A DNA stretch of 64,000 nucleotides from Negaprion brevirostris (taxonomy: Eukaryota). The position numbers were made by a program, and so were the translations under genes. Position 1 is the first letter of the stretch. Each line of letters starts with the position of its first letter. The notes beneath the pieces were generated by a model that was given only the letters and a program-made list of their open reading frames with translations, was not told where the DNA came from and searched no databases. The DNA lies in contig JARDVH010000110.1 of the NCBI GenBank assembly GCA_030324005.1, positions 21,173,198 to 21,237,197 of the forward strand, written 5' to 3'. Positions 37,262-48,180 of this stretch are shown in pieces.

Positions 37262-38847
37262 CCTTCTGTCTTCCAGCATCTGCATGCTTGTGTCTTCATG
37301 CAGAAGTGGAAGTATCTTACTGTCAGGAATGTGGTGAAATAGGAGGCAAGCTCTTCCAATATACTCTGTCAAGCCTGTTCAGAATCAAGGGAGGCAATTT
37401 TCAGCCTGAATTCGCCGTCAGAGAGAATGGTGACATGAGTTGAAAATCGGACATAATCGGAACTGCGATTCTCTCCGGAGAGATTGCATTCCATGATTTT
37501 CCCCATTCCTCGCCAGTGATGTCGTGAGGTTCACATCCACAAAGGGTGAGAGATTCATTTAAATGGGTTTTAATAATTTTAAATATAATTACTTATTTTT
37601 ATATTATTTAGGGCCACCACCACAATTCAATTTAGCCTCTTGTGAGGAAGTCTTACAAATGACTGAAAGTGCCTGTAAATAATACCCATACACATTTCCT
37701 TGTGTATTATTTAGTAACTTCTTCAAAAAACTGTCAGCCCAGTCAGGTTTGTCTACCCTTTACAAATCCATGTGGGCTCTCTGATAAGCTGAACATTTCT
37801 GAAGTGTTCAGTCACCCTATTTTTGTTACAGATTCCAATAATTTGCTGACAATAAAAACTAAATGATCAGTTTTGTAAACCTTTGACTTTCCTTTGCCAC
37901 TTTTCTTAAATAGTGGAGTGAAATGTGTAATTTTCCAATTCAAAATAACAGGACAGAACTTCTGAAGATATAATTAGGACATTTGCAATGTTCTCACTTC
38001 TTTTAAAACCCTGGGATTGAGGCCATCAAGTCCTGAGGATTTGTCATTTTTAGCATCATTAATTATTCCACTAATGTTGTCTTGCCGTCATTTTATTGAA
38101 TTCTTGGGCTGGATTGGCAGGCATGCTAAAAATAGCTCCACTGGCCAGCTTGCCGTTTCCCTAATTCCATCCGGCCCCAGGCCATTTTTGTGGAGGTGAG
38201 ATGGAGGACCATCAGGTTTATTAGGTATCTAGTATAGTTCATTAAGAATCTATTAAAGTAAATTAAAAGAGGCCAAATGGGATTTTTCATTTGGTTTCCA
38301 GATCCCTGCACGCATCAGGACTTGGCTGCAAGGTCCGTTTTCCAATATATCCAACTGCTCCTTTCAAGCTAAAGGTGTCTGATTGGCCCTCCAGCTTTCA
38401 GAGCCCTTCTGCTAATCTTACATGTTCGGCAAGCCTGTCTTCAGGTCAGTGTGTACACGGGGTGGTGGGTTGCCCCCTGTGAAAATCTAGGCCAGCAACT
38501 GTTTCCCATCCACCAGAGTGTGGGTTCGGGATTTGGAAACAGTCCAAACTCTTTCCTGCCTCTCGATTCACTAATAGTTTCCTTGTGATCACTGACATGT
38601 TGACTTCTACTAATGTAAATACTGAAGTCAACCTGCAGATTATTTATTTTCATTGACAACATCACCATCATCAGCCTTCAAAGATGTCACATTGCTTCTG
38701 TCTGCCCCGTTTTCCTAATGAAATTGTAACGTTTGTTAATTTTGACACTCCCTTTTCAATTCTTTATCGATATTGAGGAAGATTCTCCCAGCCGGGAGAC
38801 TCAAGCAGAGGCTGTGTAGCGGAAATCCGCGCAGAACTGAATAAATT

Positions 38848-39155
38848 ATAGAATTCCCCACAGTGCAGAAGGAGGCCACTCAGCCCATCAAGTCTTCACT
38901 GACCACAATCCCACCCAGGCTCTAGTCCCGTGACCTCATATGTATCCTGCTAATCCCCTAACATTAAGGTAAATTTAACGTGGCCAATCGACCTAACCTG
39001 CATATCTTTGGATTGTGGGAGGAAACTTGAGCACCCGGAGGAAACCTACGCAGATACAAGGAGAATGTGCAAACTCCTCACAGTGCCCCGAGGCAGGAAA
39101 TGAACCTGGGTCCCTGGCACTGAGGGGCAGCAGTGCTAACCATGATGCCACCATG
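38848..39155 (-). mobile_element. HE1-like V-SINE nested in a Harbinger-type MITE (~38780-39845)
   Basis: Reverse-complement HE1 head, core and tail; flanking element has gattctccc ... gagagaatccc ends. Confidence 0.8.
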
Positions 39156-42068
39156 TCATTGTTATGTTAATTGGGATTTGCATTTCATTAGCAGGCCCAG
39201 GATTGCAGTCCCCAGACCAGCTAGGTTCTCCCTCTTCTCTGTCCCCTCCCCCTGCCTCAGGAGTGTTTCACCCTAGTGGGGTTTACAACAGCTCTCCAAT
39301 AGCAGGGAGCTGGGTGCCCAACCTCGCTGGAGTGAAAGGAGGCCATAGAGGCTCCTCAGGGGTAAGAGGGTGCCCCTTGGGCATTGTCAGCCTGGCCCCC
39401 AGCATTCCCCTAAGGGCAAAGTGGCAGTGCCCAGGGAGCTCTTTGGCATTGCCCTCTAGGCATTGGGCAGTGGGCCGAGGCTGGCTTGGACACATCCAGG
39501 AAGTCAGTGATAGGATGGTAGGGGGAGTCACACCCAACGACGCAGAGTCGCAGGCTAGCCAGCAGTCGAGCTGGCCAGCGATCGGGAGGCCCGTAGTGCA
39601 TGCACCAAACTCCGCTATGACCGATCGGTGAATGTGCAGTGGCCTGCTCAGTGCTGTACTGCTGGCCTCCCCACTGGGAATAGGCCCTGTTCCCTGATTT
39701 TTAATGAGATGTGTACTAGTGAATTCTGCAGTGCACAGAATGTGGACGATTCATTTTGAAAATCCCGCTGAGAAAAACCAGTGGGATTTATTTCAGTTTG
39801 TATGCAAATTTGGCAGTTAGAATTTCTTTGAGAGAATCCCACCCATTATCTGTTCTATCATCTTTTGCTCCTATTTATGTAATTCCCACTTGCCAGGATC
39901 AGTGCTACTTTTTTAATTTGTGTAAGCCTTCTTACCTTTTCAGTTGCCAGGTCTTTTAGGCAAGTAGAAATTTTGGCAAGGTGCAATGCCAGGGTTGGAG
40001 CCTAGTTGGAGTTCATTGGTGGGGGTAGGGGGTGGTACAAAGGGGGATTGCCAGCGATACTGGTCATGGGGGAGGGGAAAGGAAATGTTAGAGATGACTG
40101 TGGCGGGGGGTGGGGTCTGAGCGCATGATACCCCTGTCAAGACGGAGAGAGGATTTCTTTTTTGTTCTGATCGGGGCATCCTTTAAAGATGGCACACTGA
40201 TCTCCGTGGAGTGGGTCTTGCCACTTCTATAAGGCCCCTCCTGAGTGTCAGTGTAAACCTTACCCACTCTTTTAAGTCCAAGAGGCTGAAGATCTGAGAN
40301 NNNNNNNNNNNNNNNNNNNNNNNNNNNNNNNNNNNNNNNNNNNNNNNNNNNNNNNNNNNNNNNNNNNNNNNNNNNNNNNNNNNNNNNNNNNNNNNNNNNN
40401 NNNNNNNNNNNNNNNNNNNNNNNNNNNNNNNNNNNNNNNNNNNNNNNNNNNNNNNNNNNNNNNNNNNNNNNNNNNNNNNNNNNNNNNNNNNNNNNNNNNN
40501 NNNNNNNNNNNNNNNNNNNNNNNNNNNNNNNNNNNNNNNNNNNNNNNNNNNNNNNNNNNNNNNNNNNNNNNNNNNNNNNNNNNNNNNNNNNNNNNNNNNN
40601 NNNNNNNNNNNNNNNNNNNNNNNNNNNNNNNNNNNNNNNNNNNNNNNNNNNNNNNNNNNNNNNNNNNNNNNNNNNNNNNNNNNNNNNNNNNNNNNNNNNN
40701 NNNNNNNNNNNNNNNNNNNNNNNNNNNNNNNNNNNNNNNNNNNNNNNNNNNNNNNNNNNNNNNNNNNNNNNNNNNNNNNNNNNNNNNNNNNNNNNNNNNN
40801 NNNNNNNNNNNNNNNNNNNNNNNNNNNNNNNNNNNNNNNNNNNNNNNNNNNNNNNNNNNNNNNNNNNNNNNNNNNNNNNNNNNNNNNNNNNNNNNNCCCC
40901 GGGGGAGCCCTGATTGTCCCCCTTCACTCCGGCAGGGTCTCCCGCTAGTTCCCCACAAGTGGGAAGCTACTCTAAACCCTGCCGGAGTGAAATACGGGGT
41001 GGGAGATGCAATCGGGCCCGAGAATTCCATGCCGGGCCCAATAATAACGTTTAAATAAGATTAGAAACAGATTTAAATCATTTACCTATCTTCCCACCAG
41101 TTTCCAGCGTGGTCCTGAGAGCACCTGGTCTCCAGCTGTGGGAGACACCTGGTCTCCAGCTGTGTCAGGAACGCATGCACAAATCCTGCAAAAGGGTTGA
41201 CACACGATTTCCCCCAACACGTGCGCCAAAAAAGGTGCACGTCAGTATGGGAGAATCAGGCCTTCAGTTTTTTGATGCTTCTGTTCTTCATTAGCTTTTA
41301 GCTCAAAACAAGGCCCGGTATGCAAAAAAAGGTTGAGCAAAGTTCTTGACCAAAAATCATTTTTACTGATCTAAATTTTTTTAAAGGGGCAATGTTTCTA
41401 AGTATTTTTACTTAAATCACATGGGATGCTTGTACACATTGATTTTCACTCAAAGGATGGCCAAGACTACTTGTAGAGGCCGACGTAACAATGGTGCATA
41501 ATTAAAAGAATTCTCCTCCTGCCAGCCAGGAGGAGAAAAACCAAACTATGTTTGCTGACCTTCACTTTTATTTTAATTCTATTTTAAAATCATCCTTGTT
41601 TTCAAATCTCACAACAACCTTGCCTTAACATCTTTCATGTTTGTAAACTTTCAAGACTTCTGTGCTACTAAAATTCTGGCCTCTTGAACATTCCTGATTT
41701 TAATTGCTTTACCATTTGATGGCTGTGTTTTTGGTTGCCGTGGCCTTAAGCTCCAGAACCCCCTCTCTTTTTTTAACCACTTCTCTACCTCTATTGTAAG
41801 ATGCTGCTTAAAACATAACCTTTTAACCAAGCTATTGGTTACCTATCCTGGTCCTCCTTTTGTAGCTCACTCTTGAAATATGTAAAAAATGAGTTTATTC
41901 CTCTAGTTTTAATGAAGTGCTTTTGGAAGTTTTATTACATCAATTGTACTATGTAAATATAAATTGATGTTTGTGTGTGGTATTAATTTTGATACACAGC
42001 ATATTGAAAAATGCTTTTTTTTCCTGCAGAAGCTATCTGATCATTTTCTTGTTCTGATTTGTCAATAG

Positions 42069-42334
42069 GTAAATGGGAATGTCCATGGCATCAATGTGAT
42101 GTGTGTGGAAAAGAAGCAGTCTCTTTCTGTGAGCTGTGTCCCAGCTCTTTCTGCACAGATCATAGGGACGGAGCCCTCTTCATCTCCAAACTAGATGGCC
42201 GACTTAGCTGTAATGAACATGACCCGTGTGGCCCCGTTCCTTTGGAACCAGGAGAGATCAGAGAGATTATGCCACCACCCAGCAAACATGTATTACAGAC
42301 CTTGCAACCATCAGATTCCACAAATATTCGGTGA
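42069..42334 (+). CDS. NSD1: NSD1 terminal coding exon, C5HCH and short tail, stop TGA 42332-42334
   Basis: caatag|GT AAA TGG; [88 protein letters not shown]. Confidence 0.9.
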
Positions 42335-43344
42335 ATGGAGTGTCCAATTATGGTGTGCCTCTGACAAGAATTTTATTGAAAAAAGTGAAAAAAACTGCCT
42401 TCATTTCAGTAGAAGACAGATATTCAAACTGAATGTGAGTGTGCGTGTGTGTCTGTGTATACATCTGGGTGCAGTCAACTTAGGTAACAGATGCGAGATG
42501 CTTAATTCCTAATAACCTATGGGTTATACTGAGTAAAATGAACTTGGACAGACAGGAAATTGAACCACATGCTCTTCTTCCCAGTATCTTTAGCACAATT
42601 ATACTTGGATTTATACCTGGGACACACAACTGGCATGCTCAGGTCCACACAAGAATTCCAGTTAAATCTAATGCAAGGCTAGTTGTTTTCTGACCTCAAC
42701 GAACTGAATTATGTATAGATTTTTTTTAACTTGATGTGCTATGATGCTCACGTAAGGCAGGATTAGCAAATTCATTTGGCATGTTTCTGACATTGAATGC
42801 TCAGTCTCGTTGCACACCTAGAAGTAGAAAATCACTGAAAGGAGTAGTTGCTGTGTGCTATAATGAATGCATCTTGTGGGCTTGTAAGTTCAGTTAATTG
42901 AATAAGTCTGCTTCTTCTAAGCACCTGTTCACCAATAACCTAACAGTAAGCCTTCATTGAAATTAACAAATGAACATCGATAGATATCTAGTATGAATCA
43001 TTGCCCAGGAAGGGGATGGTACAATGTGCTGGAGCATTGTCATTTCACCTCCAGAATATGAGCTCAAATACAATGTGTCTGGGAAGAATGAAGGTATATC
43101 TATATCTTACATAGAATTAGAGTTTATAGTTTATTAGAGCATCATACTCTCCCTGGTTGTACCTGGTCATGAAACTAGCTTGAATACAGGGAGCAAAAAT
43201 TTGAGTCATACTAAATGGGTTTGAGCATACAAATCAAGATCAGAGTGGAATTACCTCTGAATTTAGCACTAATTCTTGATCATAGAACCAATTCAAAAAG
43301 AGTCTGTTGCGAATGGAACTGTAACACTGGTAAAACTGCTTTGT

Positions 43345-43455
43345 CACAAAAATAGAAAACGCTGGAAAATCTCAGCAGGTCTGACAGCATCTGTGGAGAG
43401 AGAATAGAGCTAATGTTTCGAGTCTGGATGACGCTTCGTCAGAGCTAGAGCTAAG
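43345..43455 (-). mobile_element. 111-bp solo Penelope terminal-repeat insertion with hammerhead motif, 9-bp TSD
   Basis: Closely similar to 20056-20156; CTGCTTTGT duplicated at 43336-43344 and 43456-43464. Confidence 0.85.
43408..43446 (-). ncRNA. Minimal type-I hammerhead ribozyme motif
   Basis: Minus strand AGCT-CTGACGA-A-GCGTC-ATCCA-GACTC-GAAAC-ATT-AGCT: both core boxes, 4-bp stem I, stem II with one mismatch, stem III CG changed to CA. Confidence 0.65.
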
Positions 43456-44046
43456 CTGCTTTGTGTTTGGCCAAGGTCATAACCTAACATAGATGTGGAT
43501 GATGCAAAACAAGAAATTATGTTTGCCAATGCTATCGGGCCTCATTAAGAAGAGCACTCATTTACAAAATAATTGTTAGTTATAGCGAATTGAGTTTTTT
43601 TGTAAGTGTTGATGGGGAGTTCAGCTGAGCTATTGCATGCTGGCAGAAGCTGCAGCCTTGGTGATAAGACAGCATGATTTATCTGCTGGAGTGATATTTA
43701 TTTATTTGCCAATTTCACGATAAATGTTTGATGTGTTTCACTGAGTTCTGCTGATTCAGCCTGTTTCAATCAAACTAGCCAGTTGATAGTGAAGGCAAGT
43801 GCCACTAAATTGGAGAATTTTGCTGTCGGCATTTTTTAATACTGTCAGTGTTTTTTTTAATACAATAACATACAATTCCTTCATTTATTGTTTTGTATTT
43901 GTTTTTTGCAGCTATATTTAAATCATTTCAAGTCTTTGATATATTCAAGCTGGTCTAACATTTTAGGAAATTAAATTTTACAGCTGCAATGTTCACTAGC
44001 TCCACCTGCTGTCATAGGGCAAACAAACATCAGACTAGAAACTAAG

Positions 44047-44195
44047 GGCTGAATTTTACAGTCCTTCCCACTGGTAGGATTTTCCAGTCCTGCCAAAGTC
44101 AGTTGCCTCCTGAATGGTTTGCCATGTTTATGATCCTGCATCTGCTGCAAAGGGGCCATACAAAATTCTACGCAAATTAGGGAAAATTCTGCCTT
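44047..44195. mobile_element. Harbinger-type MITE
   Basis: gggctgaatttt ... aaaattctgcc terminal inverted repeats. Confidence 0.65.
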
Positions 44196-44699
44196 CCAAA
44201 ATCTGAAACATTTGGCTGAGAGGAAATATCCCTAGATCTTTAAGAGAAGGAAAGCAATTATCTAACTTTGTATTTAAATAATTGGGTTGTTGGTTCAACA
44301 AAGTTTCATAGTCAAAGTCAATCTGTCGGTCCATCAAGGCTTTCTGAATGAACTTCATTGTCATCATATCTTTTTGACTCATTGTAAGGCCTTTCCATTT
44401 GAAATTTGAATGCCGCCAGTTCTTTTAATTATAAATCATCAGCCCTTTTAAATTAGTAGTTTGGTTTTGACATCTTACAACAGTGCATAAAGTCTGTAAT
44501 GATGCTTATTCAGATAAGGTTTCCAAGGAGGGTGAGTGAATGACTACGATTACATTAATCTTTCTCAATAATTCTATTATTCCTAGGAATAATTTTACCA
44601 TGAGTAATATCTAGATATGCCGAACACAATCCTTCTAGGATTTAGCAATTCCACAATTTATTATTTGTATTAACTTTGCAAATTAAAGGTCACTATTTG

Positions 44700-44895
44700 A
44701 AGTAGTCTAGTGGGTTAGGTACCTTGAACTTGAGGTTCAAATGTAGCCCTGAATGATAGGGTGAAAATCTTCTCTGTCAGTTGATCATAAACTTTCTACA
44801 TGGAGTAACTTTGGGCAGTCTTGTTTCAGTTCTTGGTGACATTGGCCCACTACGCAACATTTCCCCTAATTCAGTACCAATTTGCAGTGTTAATC
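44700..44895 (+). mobile_element. Ancient SINE relic, LF-SINE-like
   Basis: A/B-box head (gtagtctagtggg...ggttcaaatgtagccc), then gtcttgtttcagttcttggtgaca...cccactacgcaac...aattcagtaccaatttgca. Confidence 0.45.
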
Positions 44896-47825
44896 AAAAG
44901 CTAAAGGATGTCAGATGGCAAAATGTTACTCTAGTGAAGTAAGTATTCTGAGATGGCATCTGCAGCGCATTGTTAGATATAGCAATGATAATTATATTCT
45001 GCAGCTTATCGTCCAACACCGGAACTGCTCAGTTCCAGGTCTGGATGGTCCATTCCTCAGCACTAACTTCACACTTGTTGTGAAGTGCAACAGAAATAAC
45101 AGTAATCTTTATATTTGCAGTTAATTCAATCAGAAAATGGCTCATTTAAGCACAGATCTGTGCTCAGCTTTTCAGTAAAGTTCCAATCTTAAAAATGTAA
45201 CATCCCCTCCTCAATGCAGCAGCAGTTGGAATTTGTATTGTCCCACTTATCTACATATTCTAAGATCAGCTTGGTATAATACTGAATGATTCATGCTGGA
45301 AAGATGTTCACTGAACGAAGATGGCTTCGTATCTATTCTGAGTCATTGGCTTGCCTTGATGTTGGTATTTTAGTATATGCCAGATTTGTAACTTTTCTAC
45401 TATCGCATTGGATTTATTTACACTAGCATTGTGATAATAGTGGACCTATTCACAAAATAGTAGTGGTGCAAATGCATTGCATCACAAAGATATTCAAAAA
45501 TAATAAATTTTTTAAAATAAATTTAATGTGTGCTAGTTGTTGCATCCAGTTCAAGTTGGAGATGTATGTACTTTGGTTCTAAAGTTCAGCAAATGTTCAG
45601 TTTTTAATGTTTCTCAAATGTATTGCTCTGTATTTTCTGCTTTGGCTGCCTCTTTTGTTTCAACACAAATGAGCAGGCCATATATTCCATGATTCCACTG
45701 CCAACAGCAAACATTGTCCCATTATTTCCTCTGTGAGGATAGTTATTGAATTATTATTAGCTAGCCCGTACAGTAGCTAGGAAAAGAAGGTCAATGCTAA
45801 TCTTGAGTCTCACTGACAGCACCAGGCAGCTGACTACAAATTTGTAAGACAGTGTCCTAACCATTATGCTGCTCCCCCATTATAGATACGTAGCATGTAT
45901 TATCAAAACAAAATTGCTGTTCCCCAGAGAGTTCAGTTGGAACTTAGCCATACATTTCAAGAAGTTCCCAGTTTCGACTCTGAAATGTGTCAAGTCAGCC
46001 AATATTGACTGGGAGAGTGGTAATGCACCATTTATCTGAAGAACAATGGATTAGGGGAATAGTACTGACCAGACTGCAATTCTTGATCATCATCAAACAG
46101 TTCTTTCTAAAGATACTTGTGTGTGGGCATCGATGAGTACATGATCAGATTCAAAGGTGAAGCGTTTTATCCTGCTGCAACTCCTGTTACTGACATCAAG
46201 TTTAGCCCATTGCGTAAGATATTGTAGGGTACCAGTATCTATAGATGGAATAAAGCTGGTATGAAAAGAATTAAACATTTTTTAATGTGGTAACTATGGG
46301 AAAAGTACTTGCAGCACTAAGTACTTTTCCGGACTCTTGATACTTTACAGTTAGCAGCCAGGATGAGAAAGAATGTTAACCAAAATGAATATCAATTAAT
46401 GCATGTACCCCATAATCTTAGTTCAGTTGATCAGTCCTGCAAAAGAAACTGGTTTTGCGAGGATACTTAGTGATGAGCCAACAAAGCAATATATATTCAA
46501 AATAAGCTAGTACTTTGGCATCACCTCAATTTCTTCCTGACCTGATGTCCTGAATTCATATTTTAAAAGATTTGCACTCTCTATTGTCTCTGGTTCCTAC
46601 ACATCTCCAGTTTGGTTGTTTGGAGATCCAAGTAGCTATCTGAATGGCAATTGTCACTGATGATCCTATGTTGGTTTTCATTTTAAGCAAACACATTTGT
46701 TATCCTAAGAACAGATCTTTATTTTAGACCTGGATAACAACACAGATCCAGAAGGTATATAAAGAGATACAAAAAATTTGTTTTCTTTTACAGTGCTGCT
46801 TTAAATTTCAACTATTTTAAGGAGTTTTCTTATCCAAACAAATTTGGTATTGTTCATGCTAGTATTTTAGAAAGAGTTAGAAACCAATAGTAAATTGTGT
46901 AAATTGGAAATCCCAGTTTATTTTAAAAAACTTTTGAAAGCAACTTTAATGTTGACATGGGAATGCTTTCAGTCTTTGTTATAGTATCACCAGTTGTAGA
47001 ATGACCTAAGTATGATAGTTACTTAGTGAATCGCAAACACGTGCTGAAATCTGATGTCGGGGGGTTTTATTTGATTGTTGTCCTGAATCTGAAATTCTCT
47101 GTCTTTATTCATGAAAACTACTTAGACTAAGCGCTAAATGGTCATGCCTTTGCTAATCTACCCAGTACACACACGTCTTGAGCTTCCATGTTCAATTTGG
47201 ATCATGAATTAACCATCCTTGTATGAAGTGTTTTAAATTGAATTTATTTGATAAATAAAAGAAAAAGAAATAGCTGCAAGGAAAGACAGGTAAGAGTAAT
47301 AGGAATTTGAATTAAATATTCAAAGCAAGCATTCTGGATGCAAACACTAATGGTTTTACACTTGTTATAAACTAAACACAGCATGTTATTCATGCAGATA
47401 AGCTTATGGTAATTTGCTAGGACATCAAGTACATTTATGGATAGTCTGTATTGATGTATTAGGCTCGAACGAAGAAGGATTTTTCTTCATTGTACGTGTA
47501 GGTTCCTAAAAGTAGAACTGATACTCTGCAGAACACTTGTCTTGCTGGCTGAAAGGTCGAGATATTTACAAAGGTGAAGACGTACCAAGTCATATCAATC
47601 GAATATACCTGATCTGATTCACTGACAACATTGGGCCAGTTGTTTGCAGCCAATGCTAGGCTTGGAATGCTGTAACGAAATAAGGGTCCTTGGGCTAGGG
47701 AGAGTGAAGTTCAGTCAGAAATCTAGTTTCTAGTCACAATCCAATGGCACCTATGAGTTGTGCATGAAATTGGGTTACGGTTTGATTATAATTTCCTGTA
47801 TGTTTAACAAGACTGCCAATATTTA

Positions 47826-48180
47826 CCAAAACAAAATACTGCAGATGCTAGAAATATAAAAGCAGAAAATGCAGGAAATACTCTACAGGTCACACAGCAT
47901 CTGTGGAGAGAAAAAGGACTGTTGGTTGGAATTTTCCTGTCCAATGAACCCCTGCCATGGTTTTCTTGGCGACAGGCGAGTCCATGAATCGGGAATTCCC
48001 ATTGACTTTGTGGGGACCAGAAGATCTTGCTGATGGCGGAACGCCTTCACTGCGGCAAAATGCCGTCGGGGGTGGAAATTCCCACTCATTATTTCAGGTC
48101 ATGATGAACCTACATCAGAAGTCCGGAGTATAAAAGTTCTGATGAAGAGTCGTCATAATCTGAAAGGTTAGACTGGCTTT
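47826..48180. mobile_element. Penelope terminal-repeat relic with two inverted decayed hammerhead motifs, interrupted by a MITE (47924-48086)
   Basis: aaaacaaaatactgcagatgct...cagcatctgtggagaga; minus-strand CTGATGT-AGGTT..GACCT-GAAAT (48090-48120); plus-strand CTGATGA-AGAGT..ATCT-GAAAG (48135-48174). Confidence 0.65.

Noticed and set aside
40088-41030. 279-aa and 252-aa ORFs
   Set aside because: Mostly translated Ns from a ~600-N gap.
41123-41165. Duplicated cacctggtctccagctgtg with E-box-like motifs
   Set aside because: Short duplication inside a MITE-like element; nothing indicates function.
42332-42364. Stop-codon readthrough of NSD1
   Set aside because: The TGA-A context is not the leaky TGA-CTAG type, and another TGA follows after nine codons.
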